Assembly (NCBI GenBank): GCA_019634005.1
Contig: JAHQWD010000003.1
Span: 240,539-304,538, forward strand
From: Candidatus Kaiserbacteria bacterium
GTDB taxonomy: Bacteria; Patescibacteriota; Minisyncoccia; Phycocordibacterales; UBA918
Reading direction: 5' to 3'
Length of the DNA: 64,000 nucleotides
Shown: one piece after another, positions 50,549 to 58,972 of the stretch
How positions within the stretch are numbered: the stretch's first letter is position 1
Layout of the letters: every line of letters begins with the position of its first letter
Position numbers and translations under genes: made by a program
Notes under the pieces: model-generated
The model's input: only the letters and a program-made list of their open reading frames with translations
Told to the model about the DNA's origin: nothing
Databases searched by the model: none

Positions 50549-51106
50549 CTATCGGCGCTCATACCGTCCAATGAGTTCTGCGGAGTCGAGCATCATACCC
50601 TTTGCAGCAGTCTCTACCTCGTCCAAGGTTGGTGTCTTAATGAAATTGAGCGTTCCAGAGACTGCGTAGATTCTGAAGACGTATCGGTGTTCTGTTGGCT
50701 CGTATTCTGGTGGTGGGCAGGGACCACGATATCCTGTCTCCCCCGCTCCGTTGAGGCCAGATACACCACCATTTATAACTCCCTCCTTTGCAGGAAGGTT
50801 ATACAGTGCCCAGTGATCAAACTTCTCGATTCCTCGACTGTCTTTCACCTCCTGTGGAATGTCTGGATCGTCCATGACAAGTACGAGAGATCCTGTTCCT
50901 TCTGGAAGACTGGACACCTCAAGCGGCGGCGGTGCCAGCCTATCTCCATCACAAGTGTACTGGCTTGGGATAGTGCCGTTATGTTCAAATGCTGGCGAGG
51001 CGAGTTCCATAATTGATGATGGCGCGTGTGCGGTATTAAAGGAGAAATATGCTCCCACAAGGATGATGATAATGAGTATTCCGAGAATACTGTATGCGTG
51101 CTTCAT
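50549..51106 (-). CDS. YbhB/YbcL (PEBP) family protein
   Basis: IP..YTCDG, DDPD, HW, Y.GPCPP, HRY.F. Confidence 0.92.
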   Translation of the reverse strand: MKHAYSILGILIIIILVGAYFSFNTAHAPSSIMELASPAFEHNGTIPSQYTCDGDRLAPPPLEVSSLPEGTGSLVLVMDDPDIPQEVKDSRGIEKFDHWALYNLPAKEGVINGGVSGLNGAGETGYRGPCPPPEYEPTEHRYVFRIYAVSGTLNFIKTPTLDEVETAAKGMMLDSAELIGRYERR

Positions 51107-51181
51107 ATACTCGGATTATACCATTGAAACTCTGTGATTTTTCTGTACAATGGCGTCTACGTTCCTTGTGAGCGTATATAT

Positions 51182-51253
51182 TCCGCGGTAGCTCAGTGGT
51201 AGAGCAGTTGGCTGTTAACCAATTGGTCGCAGGTTCGAATCCTGCCCGCGGAG
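51182..51253 (+). tRNA. tRNA-Asn (anticodon GTT), CCA not encoded
   Basis: Acceptor stem TCCGCGG/CCGCGGA; anticodon arm GTTGG-CT-GTT-AA-CCAAT; GGTTCGAATCC. Confidence 0.97.
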
Positions 51254-51771
51254 CATTTGTAAAGCAAAGTAAAGTGTTATTTTTTTAGAACTGGTATAAT
51301 TTTGTATATGAAAAAAATATATCCAATCACAATCACAGAAAAATTAGAGGAATGTAAGAAATTTTATCAAGAGATTTTTGATTTTAAAATTGTATTTGAG
51401 GCCGAGTGGTATATCCAACTACTTCACATAAAAAGTGGTGTTGAAATTGCGATAATGAAGCCGAACTTGGAAAATCAACCTGCAGAATTACATACCGAAT
51501 ATAATGGTAATGGTATCGTCTATAGCTTTGAAGTAGATGATGCTGAAGAAGAGTATGAAAAAATAAAAGAAAAGACAGATAGTATATTTCACAAATTAAC
51601 TACTGAAGAATGGGGGCAAACTCATTTTATGCTTAAAGACCCTGCAGGAGTTGTGATTGATGTTGTTGAGCAAGCAAGTGAGTAAATTTTTGCATATCTT
51701 TCTTAATTCTGTTCCAATTCATAGTTCTGAACTTATCTACTACTCGGAGCTTTTGTAAAGAATAGTCAAGT
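51249..51771 (+). repeat. 27-bp imperfect direct repeat (tRNA-Asn 3' end plus flank) bracketing one gene
   Basis: CGGAGCATTTGTAAAGCAAAGTAAAGT (51249-51275) vs CGGAGCTTTTGTAAAGAATAGTCAAGT (51745-51771), 23/27 identical. Confidence 0.75.
51308..51685 (+). CDS. VOC/glyoxalase family protein
   Basis: FY...F.F, FEVDD, EEWGQ..F..KDP.G...V.E; AT-rich. Confidence 0.9.
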   Translation: MKKIYPITITEKLEECKKFYQEIFDFKIVFEAEWYIQLLHIKSGVEIAIMKPNLENQPAELHTEYNGNGIVYSFEVDDAEEEYEKIKEKTDSIFHKLTTEEWGQTHFMLKDPAGVVIDVVEQASE

Positions 51772-51809
51772 ATCGTATGCTTGGCTTTTCTTTTTGATAT
51801 ACTTTCATA

Positions 51810-52352
51810 ATGAGTACTTACGTAGCCCTACTCCGTGGAATAAATGTCGGAGGTAATAACAAAATTAAAATGATAGAACTCAAAGTCCTCTTTGAGTCAC
51901 TTGGCTACACGAATGTTGTTACTTACATCAATTCAGGCAACGTAATATTTGAAACAAGAAAGAAAGATGTGAGTCGACTGGCAAGTGAAATTCAAAAAGG
52001 TATAAAAAAGAAATTCAAGCTAAATATTCCAGTCGTACTACGTACACAAAAAAATATTGAGAAAGTATGCAAGAAAATCCCACCTGATTGGGTAAATGAT
52101 AAAGATAATAAAACTGACGTAATGTTTCTGTGGGATAAGTTTGCAAGTAAGAAAACTCTGAAGCTAATTTCTACTAACCCAAAGATTGATTCGTTACTGT
52201 ATGTTGACGGGGCTATTATTTGGCATCTAAAAAAGAAGAATTATGGAAAGAGTAAAATGAATGACATTATTGGTACAGAAGTATACAAAAATATGACTGT
52301 ACGAAACATCAATACTGTTCGAAAACTTGCAACTCTGATGAATAGAGCATGA
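51810..52352 (+). CDS. DUF1697 family protein
   Basis: YVALLRGINVGG.NK..M..L, TYI.SGNV.F, T.RN.NTV.KL. Confidence 0.93.
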   Translation: MSTYVALLRGINVGGNNKIKMIELKVLFESLGYTNVVTYINSGNVIFETRKKDVSRLASEIQKGIKKKFKLNIPVVLRTQKNIEKVCKKIPPDWVNDKDNKTDVMFLWDKFASKKTLKLISTNPKIDSLLYVDGAIIWHLKKKNYGKSKMNDIIGTEVYKNMTVRNINTVRKLATLMNRA

Positions 52353-52423
52353 TACAGCCAGAACTTCTCTCAACACCTCTACGAATTATTGATCATTTGA
52401 TGGTTCCAATCATTTAGGCTGCT

Positions 52424-52828
52424 CTAATCTTCATATTCCTTAACCAGCTTGAAGTTAAGATATAAATTTGCCAGATAATTCGCTACACCAACTACACTTG
52501 CAATCACAATACGTGTCACCATAAAATATACTTCAGTATGTGTAGTAAAGAACCACATCAACGTACCCGTAACTACAGCACCAATCAGTGCAAACTTGAG
52601 AAAATAGAGATACCCCGTTACAAAAGCACGCTCCGTTCCCGCAAATGCCCATCTGCGACTCAAGACGTAATTAAGTGATACTGCAAGAAAGAATGCGATA
52701 ACTGATGCAGTTACAATCTCCACTTTGAAATAATCGATGAAGATCCATAAAAGAGAGAGGTCGAGCAGAAATGTTGACATCCCGACAAGAACATAACGTA
52801 TAAAACGTTGCATCTTAAGCTGTTTCAT
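52424..52828 (-). CDS. GtrA family protein
   Basis: RF.RY.LVG....D, NY.L.R.W.F; 4 TMs. Confidence 0.9.
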   Translation of the reverse strand: MKQLKMQRFIRYVLVGMSTFLLDLSLLWIFIDYFKVEIVTASVIAFFLAVSLNYVLSRRWAFAGTERAFVTGYLYFLKFALIGAVVTGTLMWFFTTHTEVYFMVTRIVIASVVGVANYLANLYLNFKLVKEYED

Positions 52829-52923
52829 AGGAATAGTATTGTACTGTACGACTTGTGTATATGTATACTCTCGCATCTGTATAGTCCTCTATACTGTACT
52901 TATACTCTATTAATATACATTTC

Positions 52924-53346
52924 ATGCACCATCACAAAAAATTACAAGAAGTCGCGAAATTTGTCTCAGGTCTTGTTGCTGCAGATCTCATCAGTGTTAT
53001 CTGGCTTGGCGCGGCTGGACACTTCCCATTCCAGATCTTCAGCATCACATTCCCTGAGAGCTCTATCCTGCCCATTGCACTCTTCGACGCAGCGGTACTT
53101 ATCATCCTGATCCACTTTGGATGGAGTGTACGACTTCCACTCCAGTCTCCAAAAGAAAAGACCCTTCTCTTCATTGTGGGACTACTGCTTGGGATCATTG
53201 CACTGCTCCACCTTACCCGTATTGCTTTCGGCTGGGATCTTACACTTGGTTCATTCACTGCGCCAGAATGGCTCTCATGGCTTGGAGTCATTATCACTGC
53301 ATATCTCTCCTACGCTGCATTCCATTTTGCACTTCGTATGAAGTAA
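52924..53346 (+). CDS. Hypothetical membrane protein
   Basis: Four hydrophobic segments. Confidence 0.7.
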   Translation: MHHHKKLQEVAKFVSGLVAADLISVIWLGAAGHFPFQIFSITFPESSILPIALFDAAVLIILIHFGWSVRLPLQSPKEKTLLFIVGLLLGIIALLHLTRIAFGWDLTLGSFTAPEWLSWLGVIITAYLSYAAFHFALRMK

Positions 53347-53347
53347 C

Positions 53348-54325
53348 ATGAAAATAGCACTTGCTCTCATCGGTATATCCGCTCTTGCTTCCGCATTGTG
53401 GTTTTTCATGTACGACTCTGAAGAAAGATACCCCGTAGAGGAAGACTTCTCGGACGTAGAGATGCTCTTTGAGCGTTTTGGTCTCCGCACAGATACTCGT
53501 ATACGGAATGTTGCGTTGGATCAGATCTTCTCAGGAGGACCAGGGAAAGATGGTATCCCTGCACTCTCAGACCCTATTTTCACTACAGTCTCAGAAGCAG
53601 ATGTCGACGGGGAGACTCTGGGCGTCCTCGTCATTATAGAAGAGGTGAAGCGATTCTACCCATACACCATCCTTGTTTGGCACGAGATTGTAAATGATCA
53701 CATCGGTGATACTCATTTTGCAGTTACATTCTGTCCGCTTTGTGGAAGCGCAATTGTCTTTGACCGAAACGTAGATGGGGACATTCTCTCCTTTGGTGTC
53801 AGCGGTCTTCTCTTCGAGTCCAATCTCTTAATGTACGATAGTGCGACAGAATCGCTGTGGTCTCAAGCAGGAAATGAAGCCGTCGTCGGTACCTACACAG
53901 GAACAAGACTTTCAGTACTTCCCATGAGACTCCTAACATTCTCTTCCCTCCAATTTGAATATCCAGATGCACAGATACTCTCTCAAGATACTGGATATGT
54001 TCGCCGTTATGGTATCGATCCATATACGGGATATGGCCTTTCTGAAGATCTTTACTTCCCTGTGTCGGTCTCGGATAAACGCTTTCCCGCAAAAGAGATC
54101 TTCTATGTTTTTCCTTACAAAGAAAAATCGATCGCCTTTCCTGAGAAAAGTCTCATCGATACGGCAAACTTCTCGATTGGTGACACCACCGTGACCGCAA
54201 CGCGGCATACTGATGGCATTGCCATTACAACAGAGGACAACACTGTCCTTCCAGGGTATTACGAAATGTGGTTCTCATGGGCAACACATCATCAAGAAGA
54301 TGGTGTTGTGTGGGAGATAGAATAA
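53348..54325 (+). CDS. DUF3179 family protein
   Basis: GGP.KDGIPA..P, HEIVND, TFCPLCGS, GVSG.L..SNL.MYD..T.S.WSQ, WFSW. Confidence 0.9.
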   Translation: MKIALALIGISALASALWFFMYDSEERYPVEEDFSDVEMLFERFGLRTDTRIRNVALDQIFSGGPGKDGIPALSDPIFTTVSEADVDGETLGVLVIIEEVKRFYPYTILVWHEIVNDHIGDTHFAVTFCPLCGSAIVFDRNVDGDILSFGVSGLLFESNLLMYDSATESLWSQAGNEAVVGTYTGTRLSVLPMRLLTFSSLQFEYPDAQILSQDTGYVRRYGIDPYTGYGLSEDLYFPVSVSDKRFPAKEIFYVFPYKEKSIAFPEKSLIDTANFSIGDTTVTATRHTDGIAITTEDNTVLPGYYEMWFSWATHHQEDGVVWEIE

Positions 54326-54326
54326 A

Positions 54327-55340
54327 TTATTGCGGAACACACGAAAGCGACCCATCTGGTATGGCCCGACACATTCCAGAAACATTTCCACGCGGTGTTG
54401 TAAAGGAACACACCGAGCCCATATCCTCCCCTTCGCAAGCATTTGTTGCTTCTTGTGGAGGTATTCTTCCTTGCTGTTGCGCACCTTCTCTACCACGCTG
54501 CATGAAGCTTTCATCAGGAACACCATGAACACACCGCTGGATATATGGGAAGGTATCTGTAAAAAGATACACGTACTCCCCTTCTATAAACATTCCGTTA
54601 CACGCATCGAGATCTCCAGAGTCAGGGATATACTCAAAATCTTCAGTGTAGGTACCGTCATAGACTCCTCCAGGACCATCTGGTCGTACCCCCTCTTTTA
54701 TCTGCCAACTCGACTGATACGCATGAGATTGTGAAAAATATATAGGAAATCCATCTGCTGCCCATGCGAGATGTATCAAGTCTCCTGATTGCTCTTCAAG
54801 TGCATGCTCAAGAAGTCCTTCAGGTACTGCGTGGTAATGATAGGTGCCATCTGGTTGTACATGCGCATTCGACCAATCGATACCAAGACCACCGACGCCA
54901 TCTGCATCAAATGCCTCAATGGACCATGAGATATCTTCGTCGTATGTCTCGGCAGTCCCTGGTTCTAATGGAATACCGTTAAGTGCCACCCCCGCAATCC
55001 GTACTGCTGTCGTGGTCTCTGTATATGTCGGAGTGCGTGGCACACGGTACGAATGACTCTGTTCACTAATCGCATTTGGATTCCCTCGGTTTGGGAACGC
55101 TCCCGTCTCGTGATCTGGAAGACCATCAGAGGTGATGTAGCGATACTGTCCGTCGGTGGTGATAACGGCACTTCCATACCCATCCTCTTCAACAAAAAAT
55201 GCTTGCTTCTCTATCGATATCTCATGAGTATGCGTCTCTCCATTCTCGTGAGTATGTGTCACACCATGAGGGGTGTCGACACCACCAAAGAGACTGGAGA
55301 GTCCCAACCAGATCGTGGTAAATACGGAAAAGAAATCCAT
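54327..55340 (-). CDS. YHYH domain protein, secreted
   Basis: GLPDH, G.ALNG.P, NAHVQP.G.YHYH, AADGFPIY, GDLD.CNG. Confidence 0.9.
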   Translation of the reverse strand: MDFFSVFTTIWLGLSSLFGGVDTPHGVTHTHENGETHTHEISIEKQAFFVEEDGYGSAVITTDGQYRYITSDGLPDHETGAFPNRGNPNAISEQSHSYRVPRTPTYTETTTAVRIAGVALNGIPLEPGTAETYDEDISWSIEAFDADGVGGLGIDWSNAHVQPDGTYHYHAVPEGLLEHALEEQSGDLIHLAWAADGFPIYFSQSHAYQSSWQIKEGVRPDGPGGVYDGTYTEDFEYIPDSGDLDACNGMFIEGEYVYLFTDTFPYIQRCVHGVPDESFMQRGREGAQQQGRIPPQEATNACEGEDMGSVCSFTTPRGNVSGMCRAIPDGSLSCVPQ

Positions 55341-55343
55341 ATG

Positions 55344-55499
55344 CTATACCCCAAACGCTACACCCAGATAGTATGGCCACAAAACAATTGCAAGCACTCC
55401 TTGTCCGAAAGAGAGTTTGAGAAAGCCGATAGTGAAAAGCCATGCAGCAAACCACACTCCTCCCGATAATACTTGTGTTTCTACTTTTATCTTACTCAT
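55344..55499 (-). CDS. 51-aa membrane peptide, not in ORF track
   Basis: Manual translation MSKIKVETQVLSGGVWFAAWLFTIGFLKLSFGQGVLAIVLWPYYLGVAFGV; stop 3 nt before the YHYH start. Confidence 0.75.
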   Translation of the reverse strand: MSKIKVETQVLSGGVWFAAWLFTIGFLKLSFGQGVLAIVLWPYYLGVAFGV

Positions 55500-55523
55500 A
55501 CAGATATAGTACTATACATTTGT

Positions 55524-55811
55524 ATGAAAGTAGATGAATTAAAACAAAAAATTGAACAGGGGGACGATATGCTCATTCTCGATGTTCGAGAGAAAGAAGA
55601 GTTTGATGCAGAACAAGATCCAATCCCTGGTGCACAAAATGTACCTATGGGAAAAATCTTTGTCGAAGCTGCACAGGGTACACTTCCAAAAGATAAAGAG
55701 ATTGTCACCGTGTGTGCAAGTGGATCACGATGCCAGATTGTCGCTCGGGAGCTCAAAGAAAAAGGCTATCACATTGAGGAACTTGAAGGCGGCATGAAAG
55801 AGTGGAGGTAG
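55524..55811 (+). CDS. Single-domain rhodanese (sulfurtransferase)
   Basis: LDVRE..E, IPGA..P, C.SG.R, L.GG..W. Confidence 0.92.
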   Translation: MKVDELKQKIEQGDDMLILDVREKEEFDAEQDPIPGAQNVPMGKIFVEAAQGTLPKDKEIVTVCASGSRCQIVARELKEKGYHIEELEGGMKEWR

Positions 55812-55813
55812 TT

Positions 55814-55841
55814 TTGACACCTATACCCCATGGGGTATACT
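55814..55841 (+). promoter_or_regulatory. Promoter with CsoR/RcnR-type operator
   Basis: TTGACA-16-TATACT; perfect palindrome TATACCCCATGGGGTATA at 55822-55839. Confidence 0.85.
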
Positions 55842-55850
55842 GTTCTCTGT

Positions 55851-56108
55851 ATGAAGATAGCATTATCTGAAAACAGACAGAAGGTTATGAATCGCCTCAA
55901 GCGAGTTGAGGGTCAGGTGCGTGCGGTACAAGGCATGTTAGAATGCGAGAAAGAGTGCGCTGATATCGCGACCCAACTGTCTGCATGTCGGAGTGCTATT
56001 GAACAAACCTTAGGAGTCTTTGTTGCCTGCGCCATCGAGGAATCGAGCAAAGGTCAGAGCAAGAAGGACACCGAGGACATTAAACGTCTTTTACAACTAA
56101 TTGTATAA
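55851..56108 (+). CDS. CsoR/RcnR/CstR-family repressor
   Basis: NRLKRVEGQVR....M....C.DI..QLSA.RSA. Confidence 0.92.
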   Translation: MKIALSENRQKVMNRLKRVEGQVRAVQGMLECEKECADIATQLSACRSAIEQTLGVFVACAIEESSKGQSKKDTEDIKRLLQLIV

Positions 56109-56112
56109 ATCT

Positions 56113-56661
56113 ATGTCAGAAGAACAAATGCTAAACAAACCAGTGCCACAGGTAACGTTTAAGACCCGTGTACGCGATGAGAGTATTGGTGGCGAGAACC
56201 CATATCGGTGGGAGGATGTAACCAGTGATGACTACTTCAAGGGGAAGAAGACCGTTGTATTTGCGCTTCCTGGAGCGTTTACCCCAACCTGTTCTGCAAC
56301 ACACCTTCCTGGATATGAACGTATGTATGACGAGTTCAAGGCACTTGGAATTGACGAAGTGTACTGTCTCTCAGTAAACGATGCATTCGTGATGAACAAG
56401 TGGGGACAGCATCTTGATGTTGAGAAGGTAAAACTTATCCCTGACGGATCAGGAGAATTTACCAAGGAGATCGGTATGATGGTGAAGAAAGATAATCTTG
56501 GATTTGGAGACCGATCATGGCGGTACAGCATGTACGTTGACAATGGTGAGATTAAAAAAGTATTCATCGAGCCAGGATTTGAGGACAACTGTCCAGACGA
56601 CCCATTTGAGGTATCTGATGCAGAGACTATGCTCAATTACCTCAAGGAAGAGCTCGCGTAG
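56113..56661 (+). CDS. Peroxiredoxin (Prx5 type)
   Basis: PGAFTPTCS..HLP, SVNDAFVM, DGSGEF, RSWRYSM. Confidence 0.95.
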   Translation: MSEEQMLNKPVPQVTFKTRVRDESIGGENPYRWEDVTSDDYFKGKKTVVFALPGAFTPTCSATHLPGYERMYDEFKALGIDEVYCLSVNDAFVMNKWGQHLDVEKVKLIPDGSGEFTKEIGMMVKKDNLGFGDRSWRYSMYVDNGEIKKVFIEPGFEDNCPDDPFEVSDAETMLNYLKEELA

Positions 56662-56673
56662 GCACTCCCTTAC

Positions 56674-56708
56674 ATAAAACACGACACCTTATTGGTGTCG
56701 TGTTTTAT
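56674..56708 (+). terminator. Terminator after peroxiredoxin
   Basis: ATAAAACACGACACC-ttatt-GGTGTCGTGTTTTAT. Confidence 0.85.
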
Positions 56709-56774
56709 TATTGACCTCCTTTACTATGTAGAGTACGGTGTTGGCTGGAACGCACGCAATATTGGGAGAAAAAT

Positions 56775-57023
56775 ATGTGCACACTCAATGTCGATGACAT
56801 TGTCTTCTTGAAGGGGGAGTCTCACTTCCCCGACCCGCGACAACTGAAACAGCGCAACCAGCTCAAAGACGACCTCCCTGATGGGAAGCTTCTCGTCGCG
56901 GAGATTGATGAGGAGCATGGCATCGTCCGCCTCAAGAAACCGTGCAGTGAGATCATCACCATGCCAAACGGCTCTGGGCTAATGATTGATGTTCGCTACT
57001 TTGAACGAGCTGGCGGGCTCTGA
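56775..57023 (+). CDS. Orphan hypothetical protein
   Basis: TTGACC-17-TACGGT promoter, GGGAG SD, GC-richer codons. Confidence 0.55.
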   Translation: MCTLNVDDIVFLKGESHFPDPRQLKQRNQLKDDLPDGKLLVAEIDEEHGIVRLKKPCSEIITMPNGSGLMIDVRYFERAGGL

Positions 57024-57087
57024 GAGGAAAAGACAAGCTATGCAACGGTCGCGCTATAATGGCGCGACTTTTTGATACACTGTATGT

Positions 57088-57522
57088 ATGAAGAAAATAG
57101 GACTCGGTATTGGAGCACTTCTCATCATCATTATCGTGGGGTTCTTTTCAGAGATGTCTGAGAAGAGTAATCTCCCTGAAGATATCAGAGTACACATTGA
57201 GAGTAAGGCGGATCTTATCACCCTTGCAGAGCCTGTTCCTGGTACAGAGGTTGGCTCTCCACTCACGGTACATGGCGAGGCAAAAGGATACTGGTTCTTT
57301 GAGGCAAGCTTCCCCATCATATTGACCGATGCGGATGGAATTATCATTGCAGAAGGATACGTCACCGCACAATCAGATTGGATGACGGAGGATTTTGTAC
57401 CCTTTGAGGGAACCCTCGAGTTTGCCCCTCAAGGGGACCGTGGGATTCTTATACTCAAGAGAGCAAATGCCTCTGGACTACCAGAACATGATGACGCACT
57501 TGAGATTCCTGTTACCTTTTAA
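57088..57522 (+). CDS. Gmad2 Ig-like domain protein
   Basis: SPL.V.G.A.G.WFFEASFP, DWMT.DFVPF, NASGLPE. Confidence 0.85.
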   Translation: MKKIGLGIGALLIIIIVGFFSEMSEKSNLPEDIRVHIESKADLITLAEPVPGTEVGSPLTVHGEAKGYWFFEASFPIILTDADGIIIAEGYVTAQSDWMTEDFVPFEGTLEFAPQGDRGILILKRANASGLPEHDDALEIPVTF

Positions 57523-58616
57523 TGTGTATGTGCGTGCGGCGCCTTATCTCCTTTCTGCATAAGGAAAACAGCAAGGAGTGTTGTAATTGGTACCGTGAGC
57601 ACGAGACCAATACTTCCAACGAGAGACCGAATGATTTCTGTTGCGAATATCTCTCGATTCATAATAGAGACGATACTACTGTCTGAGAGCGCAAACAGAA
57701 GCATGAGTGGCAACGCTGCACCTGTATAGGCGAGCACCAATGTATTTACGAGCGCACCAACATGCTCCTTCCCTACCCGCAGCGCTTTTGTGTAAACCTC
57801 TCTTCGGGAGAGTTTCTCATTTGCATCGCGAAGCTCGCGCACAACTGCAACCTGGGTCACGGCAATATCATCAAGTGCACCGAGTGCACCGATGATAATT
57901 GCTGCAAGGAGAAGCCCCACAAAGTCCAGTTGCCCACCTGTATTGAGGTTGAGATATGTTGTCTCATCTGAGGTGAAGCCTGTGAGTCCTGTGAATGCGA
58001 CAGACCAATACGCAAGAATACCCGTAAGGACGACTGCACTCATAGTACCGAGAAACGCAACGGTAGATCCTTTATTAAAGCCGTGGGTAAAGAAGATGGC
58101 AAAGAAGAGTATGAGACCTGCAACAAGAATACTGAGCGGTATGGGTGCGGCACCACTTACCAAGTGTGGCACCAATATGTATACGATGACAAGAAGACTC
58201 CCTGCAAGCGAGAGAAGAGATCGAAATCCTTGCATCCCACCAAAGAGAAGGACCACTCCTGCGAACAATGCAAAGACTATCGCCATAGCACCCTTCCTAT
58301 CTACCTCGCGTACAAGGTAGTATTCTCTTCCGTCTATAGTCTTCAGGTGATTGAGATAGAATCTATCCCCTTCATCAAGCTGTATGTAGTCGTTTTCAAA
58401 GGTAACCCACTCCCCTTCTCGTTCCCCTTCCAAGAAACGTACGGTGAGTGTCTGTACAGAATTTTCTACGTCGCTTCCTGGAACAGTAACCGTGTGCTCA
58501 TCTGATACCTCAATTACTTCCGCTCGCCACGTATTTTGCACGTCTTGATACAGCTCTTGTGCTGAGGCAAAGACTGGAAGTGTCATTATGATGAGTGCAT
58601 AGAGTGCTACTTTCAT
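57519..58616 (-). CDS. YibE/F family membrane protein
   Basis: IIG.LG.LDD..VTQ, G..H....VNTL.LAY.G.ALP, GSIGLV..VP.TT. Confidence 0.92.
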   Translation of the reverse strand: MKVALYALIIMTLPVFASAQELYQDVQNTWRAEVIEVSDEHTVTVPGSDVENSVQTLTVRFLEGEREGEWVTFENDYIQLDEGDRFYLNHLKTIDGREYYLVREVDRKGAMAIVFALFAGVVLLFGGMQGFRSLLSLAGSLLVIVYILVPHLVSGAAPIPLSILVAGLILFFAIFFTHGFNKGSTVAFLGTMSAVVLTGILAYWSVAFTGLTGFTSDETTYLNLNTGGQLDFVGLLLAAIIIGALGALDDIAVTQVAVVRELRDANEKLSRREVYTKALRVGKEHVGALVNTLVLAYTGAALPLMLLFALSDSSIVSIMNREIFATEIIRSLVGSIGLVLTVPITTLLAVFLMQKGDKAPHAHTH

Positions 58617-58644
58617 GCAGGTATTGTATCAGTTTAGTCCATAC

Positions 58645-58708
58645 TTGACATACTGTTTTTTGAGTATTATAATGGGATAGTAAAAATGATCTTTGAAAGG
58701 AGGTGATG
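58645..58708 (+). promoter_or_regulatory. Consensus sigma70 promoter, boxA-like element and extended SD
   Basis: TTGACA-17-TATAAT (58645-58673); TGATCTTTGAAA (58687-58698); AAGGAGGTGAT. Confidence 0.75.
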
Positions 58709-58942
58709 ATCATAGAAACGTCTAAAGAGTATGTTGGCAAAATAACCGCCATTAAGGGGGCTCGGTCAAGGTATGCTGTCGTTGATGTACCAGGGTTCCA
58801 AGGTTCAGTAACCTTTACTTTGACTAATAAAGTCTGGAAAGGCAGTACTCCCCCAAACGATGGAATCTACGTGATCCTATCGGAGCTGGAGGAAAACAAT
58901 GGGCGCTGGAGAGCCCAGAGCGCTCGTCCGAAGGACGAGTAA
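58703..58942 (+). CDS. Small beta-rich (OB-fold-like) hypothetical protein
   Basis: GS.TF.L...VW....P..G..V.L..L......WRA..AR; exact start uncertain. Confidence 0.6.
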   Translation: MMIIETSKEYVGKITAIKGARSRYAVVDVPGFQGSVTFTLTNKVWKGSTPPNDGIYVILSELEENNGRWRAQSARPKDE

Positions 58943-58972
58943 TAGTAATATAGAAATGAAAGGAACGAAGCA

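Noticed and set aside
55344..55353. CTATACCCCA half-site matching the CsoR operator (TATACCCCA also at about 39732)
   Set aside because: Not palindromic, and it falls at a coding end or a start region; likely coincidental
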